A stretch of 64,000 nt of DNA. Source: a virus. Position 1 is the first letter of the stretch; each line of letters opens with the position of its first letter. This document shows positions 28,701 to 38,400 of this stretch, in pieces. Made by a program: the position numbers and the translations under genes. The DNA lies in the IMG/VR virus record IMGVR_UViG_3300030329_006012, positions 1-64,000 of that record, one strand, 5' to 3'. The notes beneath the pieces were generated by a model. The model saw only the letters and a program-made list of their open reading frames with translations, searched no databases and was not told the DNA's origin.

Positions 28701-29299
28701 TTTACGGGGATTTAGGCAGTTTCCATCCGGGCAAAGGATACGGCTTCCCAGCAGAAAGTACAGTTGTAAACAAGGAATATATAAACACGCTTAAAAGAAT
28801 CAACCCTGAAAACTCCAACGGCGCCGACATGGTTAAGGTTTTAACACCGGCCGAAGAAATACAGCAGGAGCTGTCCAACCCAACAAATCTGGTATTCTCT
28901 ATAGAAAAGAGCCTATACCAGACAATCTCCGACGAGATGTTGAAATTCTTCTCTACTTCTGCAGACTTGGCCTCCCTATATATGCGGCCATCTGACAAAT
29001 ACAATACCCAAAACAGAGACTTAGAACTAATGAGGAATTATTTCTTCGAAAAGATGGACAACAATCCAGATGTAAATAAGTTTTATGAATATTTTAAATG
29101 GATTGATGACATCGTTGTACAGATGCTCAGACAACAATTGCCGGCAGGTGCAGAGGTGATTGATGGCTCTGTGAACATAATTGAGAGTCACATTTTAGAG
29201 AGAAACAAAATAAAGCACAAACCACCAACTTATGCGACATCCAAATCACCGATCTACGAAGGATCATTGAGGACGCCCAACACAGAGAGGACCGACTAA
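25745..29299 (+). CDS. Baseplate-type structural protein with LamG domain(s)
   Basis: TVEFWMK, KWHHYAIT...LFVDG, LDEFRFWKT and YYKFNEG. Central KGT..SF..L.RCFG segment resembles wedge (gp7-like) proteins. Confidence 0.6.
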   Translation: MGRQPNRRATTAVSREELQQKNIESYKVVESAGNLDNKNNPRVNYSSPENFVTYGSAKEYYVSSIEGIYGQYPYDGSKNEKNEWTFNASGLDRYMFDNEYPRVNGNVAISSNGWGPTEAFHDGGKYALPENKEYITIFGGPNTDKAASNLASLFPSVGGTANIVDASENRESNLTICEDEGNTVEFWMKKDAFHAYGQQEVIFDMWASGSTYGTDYARFAIFLNNDSLLDPSCMGISYVSGSDEIVGTFENTTTSSIADSKWHHYAITVSPREGSATLFVDGKKSETISGDQITGTSTSGPLVATIGAYYATRPADTIGGVSGSSAGYFASTDSEIEELASPAGADTVWELDVSGALMPQTSPLGNPIWDIDTSGDIMPEGDTDSTPFPVAVPGWCKLSASLDEFRFWKTVRTETELGLNWKTQVYGGTNTDDANTTLGVYYKFNEGITGKANLDSNVLDYSGRISNGSWVGYSSGARSLTSAMVESGNAAKEFKDPIIYEQHPEVVSLKSTKSAEGLMYDQQNNASLYNSMPMWIREEDQGQQSILKLTQIMSSYLDSLQTSVSQVNEIKNLGYPSGSESPNIFAKRNAQNLGFDTGEFFVDATVLEKFMDRNDSGDLEYKLEDVKNLIYQNIYNNLTFIMSSKGTEKSFRNLSRCFGIPDDFLKLNIYSNNEEYTIEDKYANVAIRKNTIDFNDPTRFQATMFQTSSTSSPTRDFITESLAEEIRDLAGLTLEGDFIFPKKPPSYSPHYFDTPFTKSSVFGLRYTNGIDLTTPDGPDLSVNVIREERNGQSAYFQLTSSYMGLNMTSSVFGDVYDNTRWNLAVKLKNTSHNSVVSGDYVMEFQGVNSDGSRVDNSFSVSHDFPPGWPATAFTLLASNKRVYAGAMRTDTVGAVVNSSDVLVSNIRYWQKYLSDDTIRNHAVDATSCGVKDPNMPLFVADTLVPTPTAIETLTLDWDFQTVSSADASGEFFVPDISSGSAQLEELYGDLGSFHPGKGYGFPAESTVVNKEYINTLKRINPENSNGADMVKVLTPAEEIQQELSNPTNLVFSIEKSLYQTISDEMLKFFSTSADLASLYMRPSDKYNTQNRDLELMRNYFFEKMDNNPDVNKFYEYFKWIDDIVVQMLRQQLPAGAEVIDGSVNIIESHILERNKIKHKPPTYATSKSPIYEGSLRTPNTERTD

Positions 29300-29517
29300 T
29301 GGCAGACGAAGTAATGGAAGAGGTAAAGACCCTTAGAGCAGTTATTAAAAGTACGGAGCCTAAGTTTGTTACATATTCGGCATCCGAGAGGACATCTCTT
29401 TTATATAATCGAAACACTGGCATCATCAACGCTATTGAAATGACTGTAAACTCAGACAGTCTGCAGACTTTTAAAGTTGGCGAAAACAAAGTTAAACTTC
29501 TATTTAAAGTAGAGTAG
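29299..29517 (+). CDS. Small hypothetical protein
   Basis: 72-aa ORF coupled to the upstream stop (TAATG). Confidence 0.6.
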   Translation: MADEVMEEVKTLRAVIKSTEPKFVTYSASERTSLLYNRNTGIINAIEMTVNSDSLQTFKVGENKVKLLFKVE

Positions 29518-29532
29518 TCCGGAGGAATTTAG

Positions 29533-32367
29533 ATGACAAAGAATATTGTACCAAGATTAGACGGCACTGGCGAGATCGGAACATCTGCAAAGAAGTGGAA
29601 TAAAGTAAACGCACAAGAGGTTTCTTCCTCAGCTTTTATTGGCGACGGAACTCTCGTCACTAACGTGGATGCAGACACTGTTGACGGCAAACATGCAACA
29701 GATTTTGATTTAGATTATGTTACGGACAATGGAAATGCCACAGCAAACAGTATTGAGGTAACAAGCCTCACAGCGTCTGCTAACGTTGTTGCCTCCGCCT
29801 TCTATGGCGACGGCTCTGGCATCACTGGCGTAACTGGAGATTGGGACGGACAGCATTCAGGATCTGCCGCAATTACGGGATCATTAACTGTCTCTGGTTC
29901 AGGTGCAATTTTCGAGTATGTTGGCCCTGCAGTTCAACTTGGCAATCCAGCAGTCAACCCCACTATTTCAATTTACGGCGAATTCCACAGTAATTTGATA
30001 CCCAACTCTGGACAGTCCATTGGAAACACTTCGAACCGATGGGGGGATCTTTGGGCCGGTGATGCAACACTAGAAACACTGGACGTCTCAGGCTCTTCAC
30101 GCTTCGGAAACCTCTTAACCGACACACACGTTTTCACAGGATCCTTTCACCAGACTGGCTCCGGTGCAACATCAGTCTTTAAAGATCACATTAATGTTGA
30201 AGGGCAACTCTCTGCCTCCTCTTACGTTGGCGACGGCTCTGGTATCACTGGCGTAACTGGCGATTGGGACGGTCAGCACGACGGCGATGCAGCAATCACA
30301 GGATCGCTCACGGTGAGTCAGCTGACGGCCTCTGCAATTGCAGCACCTGGAGTCAACGGAGAGCTCCTTTATAATTTAAACGGAACTATAGCTGAGATCG
30401 ACGACGGCGCCGTCAGTTGGGATCCCATCACTGGGATGCTTACGTTGGCAAATGGCATAAACTATGACAACGACGGCAATGTTGAGGCAGCAGGCTTCTA
30501 TTCAATCACATCCGGCGATGAAATCTCCCTAAAGGCAGACGGAACTGGCGCCTATGTTGAGCTCTCAGGTACCCACTCAGATAAAGGTGTCTGGGTAAGA
30601 TCATCTATGCTGTGTGACACAAACATCACAGCTTCTGGCCACGTCTCTGCCTCCGTCTTCTACGGCGATGGCTCGCAACTTGAGGGAGTCACAGGTGGAT
30701 GGGACGGACAACATACTGGCGATGCAGCAATTACTGGAACTCTTTCGGCTTCCTTTTTGGTTGGCGACGGAACAGGAATCACAGGTCTATCGGCCAGCGC
30801 ATTTACAAATCTGGGAGTCATAAACCCAAATCAGACTTCATTTTTCCATCCAGCGAGAGTAGACTATCTAGACACATATTCAGAACACTACACTTCTTAT
30901 CCCTATGTTGAGAGTTATCTCAAGATACCAACAGTTGATAACGACGGCGCTTATGCATATATGTGGAAATGGGAACAAGCAATTGCCTCTGGTCCTACAG
31001 ACCCAACATCCGATACCACTATCATAAATCACTTGAGCGCATCAAGGACTTTAGAAATTGTAAAAGTAAACCTTGCAACGCAAGCGACGTCGAGCTTATA
31101 TAAAACCTATTATTCTGGAGCTTACGGGGAAACCCCTGTAACTGTCGGAGGAGGGGTGCTGACATCTTCTTACTTTACTCCAAACGCCGACGATGGCGGC
31201 TATGGCGACTTAAAATACCACTCAGCATCTTACGGAGAGTATTTATATTTTACTCCCTCTTTGACATCACTTGAGATCTACAGGCTGAGGGCAGATGGGG
31301 CAAGCAGCGCAATTGAACTGGCTGTTACTTCAACATTGGCTCCTGGCAGTCAATTCGGTTATTATAGACCCATGAGGCTCGCCATCCACGACGACAATCT
31401 TTATTGGTCACAATGGGCAATCTCCGCAGGTGAGACAAACATAACAGCATCGCTGATGAAGGCAGTTATCGCTCCCGGTGGCACATTGGCCACTTCCAGC
31501 TTGTATCTCACTACAAGTCTGGCCGGTAATCCAAACTTTGTGATCCCCTACTACTCAGGACTAGCAGCAGACTCAACACACATATACTGGTCGGGCCCAT
31601 ATCTTGGTCTGGGCGATGATGACAATTCTGGTATTATGAGAGCCAGCCTTACTCCGAACGACACTGGCTCTTTTGAAATGCTGTACCGGCCAATGTCACA
31701 CGGAGATTATGACCCAACGTCTGTTGGCCTGCCGGGCAACCTAATGGTTGATTCATCTCAAAACAAACTGTATTATGTGGATCAGGGCGGAAAAACAAGC
31801 ACTGATATTCTGTACAACCCCTCCATCCGTATAGCGGATATTGAAACTCCAAATCCTGCTACGATAATAAAGTTGACAGACTCATTCTCAGCAAGCTTAA
31901 CGCCACCAACTTGTGAATACCCTGTGACACCAAGGGTTTCTTTCGCCATCGATTCAAATTCTTCGATGTTGTACTATTGTGAAACGGATCAGAGCTCCTC
32001 AACTTGCCCCGATTTGGGCAATGCAACGATCTTCCATGAAGGCAGCTTCCACTCTATTGGAACTGATCTTAGGACAAGCTTGGTAGGCTCCAGTATATAT
32101 ATAACGGCTTCAGGCGGCTCTATTATCATGAGTGGTTCCAACCCAACACAAATAGGAGATACCGAAATAGACGGAACACTGCTACTTGGCACAGAGACGG
32201 CAACGCCATCACAGCCCCAATCAGGATCCAGTGGGACGGACGGAAGAATCTATGTGAAGGGCGGAAACCTTATCGTCCAATACAATGTCACAGGAAGTAC
32301 TTATTATAAATACCTCGACTTAACTGGAGAGGGTGTCAACTGGAACTTCAGCTCTTCAGAGCCGTAG
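29533..32367 (+). CDS. Tail fibre-like protein with internal repeats and a propeller-like C-terminal region
   Basis: Fibre-type motifs IVP..DGTGEIGTSAKKW and LIP...IGNTSNRWGDLW, three GDGS..GVTG.WDGQH.G.AAITG repeats, and LYWS/IYWS/LYYV segments. Confidence 0.7.
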   Translation: MTKNIVPRLDGTGEIGTSAKKWNKVNAQEVSSSAFIGDGTLVTNVDADTVDGKHATDFDLDYVTDNGNATANSIEVTSLTASANVVASAFYGDGSGITGVTGDWDGQHSGSAAITGSLTVSGSGAIFEYVGPAVQLGNPAVNPTISIYGEFHSNLIPNSGQSIGNTSNRWGDLWAGDATLETLDVSGSSRFGNLLTDTHVFTGSFHQTGSGATSVFKDHINVEGQLSASSYVGDGSGITGVTGDWDGQHDGDAAITGSLTVSQLTASAIAAPGVNGELLYNLNGTIAEIDDGAVSWDPITGMLTLANGINYDNDGNVEAAGFYSITSGDEISLKADGTGAYVELSGTHSDKGVWVRSSMLCDTNITASGHVSASVFYGDGSQLEGVTGGWDGQHTGDAAITGTLSASFLVGDGTGITGLSASAFTNLGVINPNQTSFFHPARVDYLDTYSEHYTSYPYVESYLKIPTVDNDGAYAYMWKWEQAIASGPTDPTSDTTIINHLSASRTLEIVKVNLATQATSSLYKTYYSGAYGETPVTVGGGVLTSSYFTPNADDGGYGDLKYHSASYGEYLYFTPSLTSLEIYRLRADGASSAIELAVTSTLAPGSQFGYYRPMRLAIHDDNLYWSQWAISAGETNITASLMKAVIAPGGTLATSSLYLTTSLAGNPNFVIPYYSGLAADSTHIYWSGPYLGLGDDDNSGIMRASLTPNDTGSFEMLYRPMSHGDYDPTSVGLPGNLMVDSSQNKLYYVDQGGKTSTDILYNPSIRIADIETPNPATIIKLTDSFSASLTPPTCEYPVTPRVSFAIDSNSSMLYYCETDQSSSTCPDLGNATIFHEGSFHSIGTDLRTSLVGSSIYITASGGSIIMSGSNPTQIGDTEIDGTLLLGTETATPSQPQSGSSGTDGRIYVKGGNLIVQYNVTGSTYYKYLDLTGEGVNWNFSSSEP
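29806..30744 (+). repeat. Three ~81-bp intragenic repeats (29806-29886, 30229-30309, 30664-30744)
   Basis: Encode GDGSGITGVTGDWDGQHSGSAAITGSL, GDGSGITGVTGDWDGQHDGDAAITGSL and GDGSQLEGVTGGWDGQHTGDAAITGTL. Partial copies at 29641 and 30763. Confidence 0.9.
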
Positions 32368-32444
32368 AAAGAAAAGCCAATCACTTTTATAACATCTAAA
32401 TAATTACTACTGAAGAATAAAGGCTTATAGAAGCCCGATATTGA

Positions 32445-32453
32445 TGTTATAAT
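32445..32453 (+). promoter_or_regulatory. Extended -10 promoter element (TGnTATAAT)
   Basis: TGTTATAAT ends 10 nt before ATG 32463. A small GGCTT-ATAG-AAGCC hairpin lies just upstream. Confidence 0.5.
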
Positions 32454-32462
32454 AAGGTACTC

Positions 32463-35400
32463 ATGAGCAACCCCGGAAACAAATCAACAAAAAGAGCCCC
32501 GTTTACAATGTTCAGTTCCTCTGCCGAAGGGGGATATTTAACAGAGTTCCATGAAAATTTCAAAGAAGGCGTCCAGATTGCAAACATGCATACGGACACT
32601 TATGGCGATTTCCGCAACCCGCCAATGCAAGGTCCATTTACGGAACAATTCGTTGGCGGTGCCTTTTTCCGACATCAACCTCTTACTAACGACGACAACG
32701 GCTTCGAGTGCCCACCGGGTGAAATTCCGGGCTGCGATGACCCCACCGCAAGCAACTACAATCCGTGCGCCACTATGAATGATGGGAGCTGTCTATACGG
32801 CCCCATCTCTTTTTCCACCGACGCTGAGAGATTAGAGGGCTTTAATATTGATGCAGCTGCAGGCTCGCTGACAATTTCCCGCCCCCAGCGCGGCTTTCTT
32901 TATCGCGATGCCTTCGCAAAGCGACCCGTCAACATCAGAAACATCAAAAAGCGCAGCCCAGGAAACTATAGCCAAGAATATGAAGTCATACAAATCGCAG
33001 GAAGAACATTAAATCCTCGACACTACGCAGAATACCCAGAACAATACACTACAGATTATCCTCTTCATATGGGGACAGAAGGAAGAGTTTTAAACACTCT
33101 CAACGCAGCCGGCCAACCTGCAACCGGAACACTGCCCGACTATACACTGCCCGACAATACGGGCTCTCTTAATGAATTCATTTTCGTAAACAAGTTCTCA
33201 GCTCCCGGCGACAGATACACAATGTCTCGCGGCTTTTTAAATCCAAAGGGAGAAGAACTCTCAGGATATAATGCAAGCCCATTCAGAAACCTGAATGTCA
33301 AGAAGGAGTTGTCAGCAGATTTGGCAACACATACGCCAAAGGCAACAGACATCCCGCCAGCATCTGGTACACTTTACCATACGACGAATAGGAATACGAG
33401 GTACTACAAACAGGTGAGTGATGCCGTGGCCAGTAGTGTCACGCCAGCAGGAAACTGCCATCAGATAGCTATAGATACTGCAACGCAGAAAATTTATTGG
33501 ACGGACTACACTGCCGGTACGATTAGTCGTTCCAATGTCGACGGGGCAGCAGTCGAAGAGTTGGTGTCTGGCATTTCCGGCCCCTATGGTATATCCCTTG
33601 ACACCTCCGCCGGAAAGCTATACTGGGCCGAGTATAGTGGCGGAAATATTAATAGAACAGACATAGAAATCCCAGCCGGAGAGACTCCGGCGACAAGAAC
33701 AATAGACAACATCGTGACAGGACAAGCCGTAATCTACGCAATCATGGTGGCTCCCCATCTTCAAAAAGTGTATTGGTCTAGCCAAGCCGGACTCGAAATC
33801 AGGGCAAAAAACTCTGACGGTTCAGGGGACGTTACAGCCATAACCGATTCTGAAAGAACAGAAGGTATGCAGTATGATCCTGTTACGGATAGAATATTTT
33901 TCACCAAACAGGATTACCCGTCGGTGAGTGGTAATATATTCTCAACTCTTGCCGATGGAAGTGGTAGGATAGAAATCCTGAATTTCCCTACATCCATCCC
34001 CGCTGGACTCTCGGTAGATGGAAATCTTGGACAGATATACTGGACAGACAAGATCAATGGCGAAATTTCGAGAGCAAACCTCGATGGAAGCGGATTAGAA
34101 GAGCTTCTTGATGCCAATAACGACCCACGCGGTACCGCCTTGGACATCAATAGGGGAATTTTATATTGGGCATCCAACGATGATCAAACTCTAAAAAGGA
34201 TCACACTCCCATACCGTCCAGTCTACGACGACGGCTACGTCACCCACGCAATCCCACAAAGCAGCTTACAATATAGCTGGATCAAAGACTCTGCCACAAC
34301 AACCAGAGCAGAATTCCAAGGCTTCGCAACAGGCAGTGACATTACCTTTTACCCTTCAACCTATGACTTTATGTCTATGGGAACCATCAGGGTTTCAGAT
34401 CTTGGCCCAACACAAGCGGTTGTTGGAGAATATTTCTCCTATACATTCGACGGCTTCACGTTATCCGGAGGAGCCACATCATGGGCTCCACCCGACGTAA
34501 CCTTCACAGACGGGGAGCAGCCGTCTTGGATGTTTTACAGCTATGAACTATCTCCCGCCTCTGTTACTATATGGGGGACACCACCAACTCCAGCTTTTAT
34601 ACGGGACATCCCTATGATTGTTCAGTTCACCGATGACATGGGCGGCTCTGATGCGAAATCTGAAACCATCGAAGTTATCGCTTCACACCCATACACTACT
34701 GTGCCCGGTCTCGTGCCGCATGTCATGAATGATGTATATATCGACGAAGCTGCAGCTGTGCAGGACTTTGATTTCACAGGCTCTGTTTACACTTATAACT
34801 CATGGAAAGAGATTCGAGGAGGAGAGCTGGCCCTATCGAGATATTACAGGAATCATAACATCCTCCCAGTGGCCAATATGACAGACAAAGTAAAGCAATA
34901 TATAGAGCCGCCAGTCGTGGCAAACAACCAACCTTTGGATTACATTTTGGCCATCGACAACACTGGAACACCATACAATATCCGAAGCGCCTATGGCAGC
35001 AAGCTGCAGAGGTATTCGAACACCGAGATAAACAAACTGGCCAATGTAACAATTTCCGATGCTGGAACGGAGTATAGTAAAATAAAGCCGCTTTACTTGG
35101 AAAGGTCCACGAGCGACACCAATAACCCCGTCAAAGCTTTCTATTCCTTGACATACGGACAAGCAGTTTACCCGCAGAGCAAGAATGCATTTATGAAGAA
35201 GGTGCGAATTCGAGGGAAATACACTGAGGTTCCCGGCACAGGCGAAAACGGGTATGATCGGCTATACGGAACACAACGCACCTTCTATAGTGCCACCGAG
35301 CAAAGAAGTGAGGGCGCCCTAAACTCGCAAGGATGTGCACCAACAGAATTCTCCACGCAAGAGGTTTATGCAGAAGATTTTGGTCCCGGAACTGAATGGG

Positions 35401-38400
35401 CGAACTATTCGCCGATGATTTCTAGAGACAATACCTCTGGAATTGCTTACGATAATACCAGTGGCAGCTATTGTTTTATCTTTGGCGGACAGCAGAATGC
35501 CAAAACAGAGACAAGATACATCTCTCTAAAACAGCCCGTGATCGGCGCGTTTACAGCCTCCTTCAAGGCAGTGTCTCACCCATACTCACCACTCAACCTT
35601 ACACCATCTACACTCGGCGTAGACAGCCGACTTGTGGTTGTAGAGAAAGATGCCGTCGTTAGACCAACTTCAGATATACGGAGAACCACATACTGTGCGA
35701 ATAAAGATTCGGGCTGGACAGCAGATCTCACCGGCCCAGGCTGGACATCTTTTTCGTATGAGAATTATTATTATTCACCCACCAATATTATAATCATGCA
35801 GCCCTCCCCTCAATTTGTGGACTACTCTGAGGCAACAGTCGCCCTAAAGGATCTGGAAATCTCATATACTCCAGCCACAGACCTTATTGCCTCAGACGCC
35901 TTTGCCCCAATGGGAACATCAGGAGATAAATCCTTTTATGCCTCTGGAACCTTCGATGAAAACATTGGAGAATTGAATTCAGATACCGATATAACAACTC
36001 CATATAAAAAGGTACAGACCTCCATTGCTTACAGTGAAGAGGTCAATAACGTTATAAACCACATTTTCCCTGGCCAAGAGTTGCCATCTACAAACTCAAT
36101 CACCGAAGCTGATTTGGCCGGAGAGCAAATTTCTTTTGGATACACAGAAAGACTAACAGAGGAAATCTCTGGCCTTACACCTGCATATTCTTCGTATGAA
36201 GACTACGCGGAAAACGAAAAGCATGCCATAAAAGAGGCATCAATCCTGCCAGAATTTAGAATCTCTGAGCAAATGCCCTTCTATGTTGAGCAGAATGGCG
36301 GAAATTTTCGAAAAGAAAATAAGAAATTTTTAACTCTGCTCGGAGCAGAATACAGCGCCTCTGCAGATAGTGCAGCTTCGGTCGCATTTGACCCAGACTT
36401 TGCCCAAGCTCATTTGTTGTCAGAGGGTGTCCCAAATTTAAAGAAGATTAGGGAAGACCACATCGGCCACTCAAAGCCTCGAAGAATATCACTTACAGCG
36501 AAGGGAGTCAAAAAACTTCTCCCATACAACGGATTTTACCCTGACACTAGAACTGTCCAACTCGCTAACACCTTGAGCTCCTCGCTCGCCGCTGGTATTA
36601 AGTCTTATGTTTATGATTCCCTCACAGCCGCCGACTCTCTAGAGACGGAACGAAATGATGCAACCGGCTGGTTTGGGTTTCTGAAGACAATGATGTCGCC
36701 TGGCATTCTGCACAATAGTTTGAAGGGAGGCATCGCTGTCGACTATCCAGTTTTTGGTTCTCCCGTCAACGTTGAGGGAAGAAAGCACGACTCCGCGTTT
36801 GGAGATGTAAAGCTACTGGATGCCCCAGATACAAGAATCTCATTTGATTCTCTCTACAACTTGAAAAAGAATCTCCCCGTCGACACACCCATTTACACTC
36901 TAGCGACTTCGGATAAACTGCAGGATAAAAAGGACACCTATCCTTTTTATTTTAAATGGGACGGCACCAAGAAGCCATCGTTCGAGCTTGGCATGCATAA
37001 TTTTTTGGCAGAGAGTGTAAAATTCTTTCTTAAGGGTTCCGAACTAAACTCCTTCTTATCTTCCCCTACTTCTGATTTTGGAGCAGTGGTGCCGTATAAA
37101 AAATATTATATGGATGTTGTCTTAGACGACGCAACGCAAAGAAACAAATTCCTGAACGTCAAAGGTCAAGCAAATCAGTTTGCTAATTTTCTTTCTACGA
37201 CACCGAAAGACGATCAGTTGCCCTTTTCGACCTTCTATGGTCATGCAACCGATATCTGCCCCGATGGTTACGGCGGATATTATGCAATGGTGGGGGCGCC
37301 CTGGTATTATTCATTCCCAATCGCCCCCCCCGACCTTTGGGGCATGGCAATATTGTACCATGTTGATTCGTCGAACCAGAGAACAGAGGTATGGAGATCG
37401 ACTGCAGCCGATGCCAACAATAGCGAATCTTGGCTAGGAACTTCGGTGGCTGTAATTTCAGGATCAGATGGTGTTTTCTTCGGCGCCGGCGCAACACGAT
37501 ATAATGATGGCACTTACACCAACGGCTATGCAAAGTTTTGGAAATATGATGGAAACACGGTTTCGGCAATTTCTCCGGGCGGCTTCGGATTACCGTGGAC
37601 CACCGTACAAAATGCCACAAAGTTTGGCGTTGCAATGAAGGGCTATTATGACGAGACAGTAAATATTCCATATTTTGCTGTAGCGGACTTGGGGACGTCT
37701 GTAGGCGGAACGGACGCTTCAGGATTAAACCTTTTCGCCATCGATGATCCCGGCGGGACACCAGAAGTGCACTGGAAGATGTGGCAGAACTTTGATTACA
37801 CGGAAAACAATATTTCGGTTGAACTCAATTATGGCATGACTGATCTTGCGATTCAGAAAGTAGAGTTTTCATCAAGTCCTTCCGACAATCGCCTCATTAT
37901 TTTACATTCAGCCACCGCATACAGGGACAATGCTACTCACCCTAATTACAGTGGTTCGGTACAGGCTGTCTTGTGGGACGAGACCACCAGTGCCGGCACC
38001 GCCCTTGGGCCCTACGTAGATCCGATAGGTCCAATCGTGTCTGGCCCAATGTTTGGTTCTAATGTCTCCGTTGTAGAGACATATAACAACGGTTCAACCG
38101 CCAAGGGAATCGTTTCGGTAAGTCGTGGCAGCGATTCAAGTTTATTTAATAGTACAGGCTCACAAGCTCTTTTCTGTGTAGATTTTGCTCCGGCAAACTT
38201 TAGCCTCGACCCAGCCGATGCGGATACGCGGATGATGAATGTGGCAGCCTTCCCTCAATACACCAACCCCTATGGTTATGGCGGCACCCTGTGGGGAGTC
38301 TCAGCTGACTTGCAAAAAGATCCAGACAATGGTGACATTATATTGGTTTCAGGAGATCCCTATTATTACTCTACTGGTAGTTGGGGCGGATATAATCTCG

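Noticed and set aside
29806-30744. Repeats as a CRISPR array or DGR template/variable pair
   Set aside because: They are in-frame coding repeats with unequal long spacers. Differences are not adenine-specific, and no reverse transcriptase or cas genes are present.
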